A stretch of 48,666 nt of DNA from an uncultured delta proteobacterium. Its GTDB lineage: Bacteria; Desulfobacterota; Binatia; UBA9968. The translations under genes and the position numbers were made by a program. Under the pieces are notes generated by a model. That model worked only from the letters and a program-made list of their open reading frames with translations, was not told where the DNA came from and did not search any database. Position 1 is the first letter of the stretch. Each line of letters opens with the position of its first letter. Positions 44,400 to 48,666 of the stretch are shown piece by piece. Location of the stretch: contig CAVWLW010000011.1 in NCBI GenBank assembly GCA_963755715.1, positions 1 through 48,666 on the forward strand, in the 5' to 3' direction.

Positions 44400-45896
44400 T
44401 TACGATTCGCCGTCGGCCGAGCGCGGCTCCCAGCGCAGCACCGGCTTGCGCGCGGCCCGCGCTTCGTCGAGCCGGCGCACCGGCGTCGAATAGGGCGCAT
44501 TTTTTACCAGCTCGGGATCGTCCTTGGCCTCCTGCGCGATCGCGAGCATGGCGTCGATGAAGCTATCGAGCGTTTCCGGCGTCTCCGTCTCGGTCGGCTC
44601 GATCATCAACGCGCCTGATACGACCAACGGAAAATAGATGGTCGGTGGATGGTGGCCGTAGTCCAGCAAGCGCTTGGCGATATCGAGCGTGGTGACACCG
44701 GATCTTTGCTGGACGCGGTCGGTGAAGATGCACTCGTGCATGCACGGTTCGTTATAAGCAAGGTGGTAGCTTTTTTCTAATTTTTTCCGGATGTAGTTCG
44801 CGTTCAACAGCGCCATCCGGCTCGCCTCTTCGAGCCCGTCGCCGCCGAGCGAAAGAATGTAAGCGTAGGCCCGCACGAGAATGCCGAAGTTTCCAAAAAA
44901 CGAGCGCACGCGGCCAACCGATTTTGGCCCATTTCCCTCGAGCTCGAAGCGTTCGCCGCGCCTGGTGACGCGTGGCAGCGGCAGATAATCGCTCAGCGCG
45001 CGCTTCACCGCCACTGGGCCGGCGCCCGGACCGCCACCGCCGTGCGGCGTCGAAAAGGTTTTGTGCAAGTTCATGTGCAGCACATCCACGCCCATGTGCC
45101 CCGGCTTGGCGATGCCCATCAGCGCGTTGAGATTGGCACCGTCCAGATAAACCATCCCGCCTTTGGCGTGCACGACTTCGGCGATCGCTTCGATGTTGGT
45201 TTCGAACAAGCCGAGGGTGTTGGGATTGGTAATCATCAATGCGGCGACGCTGTCGTCCATCACTTGGGCGACGGCCGCTGCGTCGATCACGCCGCGCTCA
45301 TTGGAAGAGATTTGCACCACGTCGTAACCGCACAGGGTTGAGCTCGCCGGATTGGTCCCGTGCGCCGTGTCCGGCACGATGATATTTTTGCGCGGATCAC
45401 CTCGGTCCGCGAGACAAGCGCGGATCAACATCAAGCCGGTCAGCTCGCCTTGCGCGCCGGCGGAGGGCTGCAAAGTCACCTGATCCATACCGCTGATCTC
45501 AGCAAGCGCGCGCTCGAGCTCGTAAAGCAGCGCCAAGGCGCCTTGCAAAAGGTCCGGCGGCGCCAGCGGATGGATCTGCGCGAAGCCGGGAAAACGGGCG
45601 ACCACTTCGTTGATCTTGGGATTGTATTTCATCGTGCACGAGCCGAGCGGATAAAACTGGCTTTCGATGGCGAAATTGCGCTGCGACAAGCGGGTGAAAT
45701 GACGCAGCACTTCAAGCTCGCCCAGCTCGGGAAAGCCGGCGATATCGCGGCGCAGCAGAGCGGCGGGGATGGCGTCCTCGACTCGTCCCGGCTCGGCCGG
45801 CCATAGGGCCGCGCTGCGTCCCGTGGAGCCGCTTTCGAATAGGAGTTTCGTTTCGGCCGCGCGCGGCCGCTGATTATTCGGCGAGGCTATCGACAA
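44400..45896 (-). CDS. gcvPB: Glycine dehydrogenase subunit 2
   Basis: YPLGSCTMKYNP, NLHKTFSTPHGGGGPG and MIEPTETE. Confidence 0.96.
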   Translation of the reverse strand: MSIASPNNQRPRAAETKLLFESGSTGRSAALWPAEPGRVEDAIPAALLRRDIAGFPELGELEVLRHFTRLSQRNFAIESQFYPLGSCTMKYNPKINEVVARFPGFAQIHPLAPPDLLQGALALLYELERALAEISGMDQVTLQPSAGAQGELTGLMLIRACLADRGDPRKNIIVPDTAHGTNPASSTLCGYDVVQISSNERGVIDAAAVAQVMDDSVAALMITNPNTLGLFETNIEAIAEVVHAKGGMVYLDGANLNALMGIAKPGHMGVDVLHMNLHKTFSTPHGGGGPGAGPVAVKRALSDYLPLPRVTRRGERFELEGNGPKSVGRVRSFFGNFGILVRAYAYILSLGGDGLEEASRMALLNANYIRKKLEKSYHLAYNEPCMHECIFTDRVQQRSGVTTLDIAKRLLDYGHHPPTIYFPLVVSGALMIEPTETETPETLDSFIDAMLAIAQEAKDDPELVKNAPYSTPVRRLDEARAARKPVLRWEPRSADGES

Positions 45897-47220
45897 GGCG
45901 CTCGATCTCCCCTCTTTCGTTCATCTCGGTGACGCAGATCAATAAACAATCTTGCAATTCCGGATAGAAATCCCCCAGAGCTATTCCGGGAATAATTTTG
46001 TTAGCAGCGCACTTGGCGAACAGTTGGCGCGTATCGCGCGAGCGCAGGACAAATTCGTTAAAACAGGGGCCAGAAAAAACCGCCTCGAGCTGGGCGCGCG
46101 ACTGGAGTTTTCCGAACGCCGAGCGCGCGCGCAGAGCGTTGATTTCCGCCATACGGCGCAGACCGTTCTTGCCTAGTAGAGACATGTAAACGGTGGCACC
46201 GAGCACGCAAAGCGTCTGACTGGTGCAAATATTCGAAGTCGCCTTCTCGCGCCGAATATGCTGCTCGCGCGTCGCCAGCGTCAAGACGAAACCGCGTTGC
46301 CCGTCCGTGTCAACGGTCTCGCCAACAAGGCGCCCCGGAATGCTCCGGACAAATTTCTTCTGACAAGTAAAAAAACCAAACGCTGGGCCACCGAGGCTCA
46401 TCGGCACGCCCAAACTCTGTCCCTCGCCGACCGCGATGTCGACACCGAATTCCCCCGGCGGCTTGAGCAGGCCGAGCGCGAGCGCTTCCGTCGTCACAGA
46501 GATCAATTGCGCGCCTGCCTTGGCGCATGCAGCTTGAATCGGCGCTAGGTCTTCTATAACGCCGAAAAAATTCGGATAGCCGACCAGCACGCACATGGCT
46601 TGATCGTTCAATCGCTGGGCAAGCTCCCCGACATCAGTTGCGCCTGTGGCGTCAAACGGAATTTCCTCGAGGCGCACATCCTTAAGATTTTTAAGATAAG
46701 ACGCAATCACGGCGCGATATTGCGGGTGCAGCGCCCGCGACACCAACACTCGCCGCCGCTTCAGCGGTTGGATGCGGCGCGACATAAGCGCGGCTTCAGC
46801 CGCCGCGGAAGCGCCGTCATACACGCCGGCATTGGCGACTTCCATGCCGGCGAGCTGGCAGATCATCGTCTGAAATTCGAATAGCGCTTGTAAGGTTCCC
46901 TGGCTCACCTCCGGCTGATAGGGCGTGTAGGAGGTGGAAAATTCAGAGCGGGATACCGTCGCGTCGACGGCGCTGGGAATGAAATGATGGTAGATACCGC
47001 CGCCGAGAAACAGGCTCCAGTCGAGGGCTGTCGCGTTGCCTGTCGCCAACTCGCCGAGCCGCTTGCGCACGGCCAACTCTGTCAGACCTTCGGGTAAATC
47101 AATTCGCGCGCGGTCGCGCAGCGTGGCGGGCACATGCCGATAGAGTGCTTCGATCGCATCGACGCCGATCGTGCGCAGCATGTGTTCCTGGTCTGCCGGC
47201 GTGTGCGGAGTATAGCCCAT
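45874..47220 (-). CDS. gcvPA: Glycine dehydrogenase subunit 1
   Basis: YTPYQPEVSQG and REQHIRREKATSNIC. Confidence 0.96.
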   Translation of the reverse strand: MGYTPHTPADQEHMLRTIGVDAIEALYRHVPATLRDRARIDLPEGLTELAVRKRLGELATGNATALDWSLFLGGGIYHHFIPSAVDATVSRSEFSTSYTPYQPEVSQGTLQALFEFQTMICQLAGMEVANAGVYDGASAAAEAALMSRRIQPLKRRRVLVSRALHPQYRAVIASYLKNLKDVRLEEIPFDATGATDVGELAQRLNDQAMCVLVGYPNFFGVIEDLAPIQAACAKAGAQLISVTTEALALGLLKPPGEFGVDIAVGEGQSLGVPMSLGGPAFGFFTCQKKFVRSIPGRLVGETVDTDGQRGFVLTLATREQHIRREKATSNICTSQTLCVLGATVYMSLLGKNGLRRMAEINALRARSAFGKLQSRAQLEAVFSGPCFNEFVLRSRDTRQLFAKCAANKIIPGIALGDFYPELQDCLLICVTEMNERGEIERLVDSLAE

Positions 47221-47228
47221 CGACGCGG

Positions 47229-47681
47229 TTATTTATCCTCTTCTTCTTCCTCTTCGGAATCTTCTTCGTCTTCTTCCTCGTCGTCGTCTTCTTCTTCCTT
47301 TTGCTGGGCGACGTATTCGGCGTATTCTTCGGCGTCCATCAGGTCTTTCAGATCATCCAGGTCCGACAATTCGACGCGGATCATCCAGCCGTCCCCATAG
47401 GGATCGTCGTTGATCGTTTCCGGATTGTCCGGCAACACGTCGTTCACCTCGAGCACCGCGCCACTTACAGGCGCATAGACATCGGAAACGGCCTTGACCG
47501 ACTCGACAGCGCCGAAAGGATCGTCCTTGACCACCTTCTCGCCGACTTCAGGCAGCTCGACATAAACGATATCGCCGAGCTCTTCCTGTGCGTATTCGGT
47601 AATGCCGATGGTCGCCGACTTGCCTTCCACCAGCACCCACTCATGTTCCTTGGAATATTTTAGTCCTTCAGGAATTTCCAT
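47229..47681 (-). CDS. gcvH: Glycine cleavage system H protein with an acidic C-terminal tail
   Basis: YSKEHEW, lipoyl site VESVKAVSD and DPYGDGW. Confidence 0.96.
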   Translation of the reverse strand: MEIPEGLKYSKEHEWVLVEGKSATIGITEYAQEELGDIVYVELPEVGEKVVKDDPFGAVESVKAVSDVYAPVSGAVLEVNDVLPDNPETINDDPYGDGWMIRVELSDLDDLKDLMDAEEYAEYVAQQKEEEDDDEEEDEEDSEEEEEEDK

Positions 47682-47714
47682 CGCTAACCTCCTTCACGCT
47701 TTATTGCCGTGCGA

Positions 47715-48666
<952 letters not shown>

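Overview
This window looks like a bacterial chromosome segment. A Candidatus Binatia/deltaproteobacterial-type host is my inference, from gene content such as an ABC_sub_bind relic and MmgE/PrpD paralogs. Bases 1-~8370 are the right-hand end of an integrative element inserted at the 3' end of tRNA-Pro(GGG). It carries an amino-methyltransferase, an SNF2-like helicase, a lytic transglycosylase, Xis and a tyrosine integrase. It also carries an unusual four-gene operon: a small protein, a protein whose motifs align with plant Whirly ssDNA-binding proteins, a PolB-type 3'-5' exonuclease homolog lacking its catalytic acids, and a rhomboid protease. A strongly structured noncoding stretch precedes xis-int. 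The rest is mostly core genome: thrS-infC(ATA start)-rpmI-rplT-pheS-pheT-ihfA-merR, tRNA-Val, pgsA-like, hflX, dnaE, NUDIX, LOG, guaBA with a candidate attenuator, comM and rlpA. Further right are a patch of gene relics (comM, ABC binding protein, hsdM), a tandem MmgE/PrpD plus ABC transporter operon, and a SAM-I-riboswitch-controlled sulfur-carrier operon (MoeB-ThrC-like-CysO-CysM-NIL). The window ends with an ECF sigma/anti-sigma pair, tatA, tonB and the glycine cleavage genes. Many genes, including essential pheT, carry single-base frameshifts that are most likely sequencing or assembly errors. All family calls come from motif recognition by eye; no searches were run.
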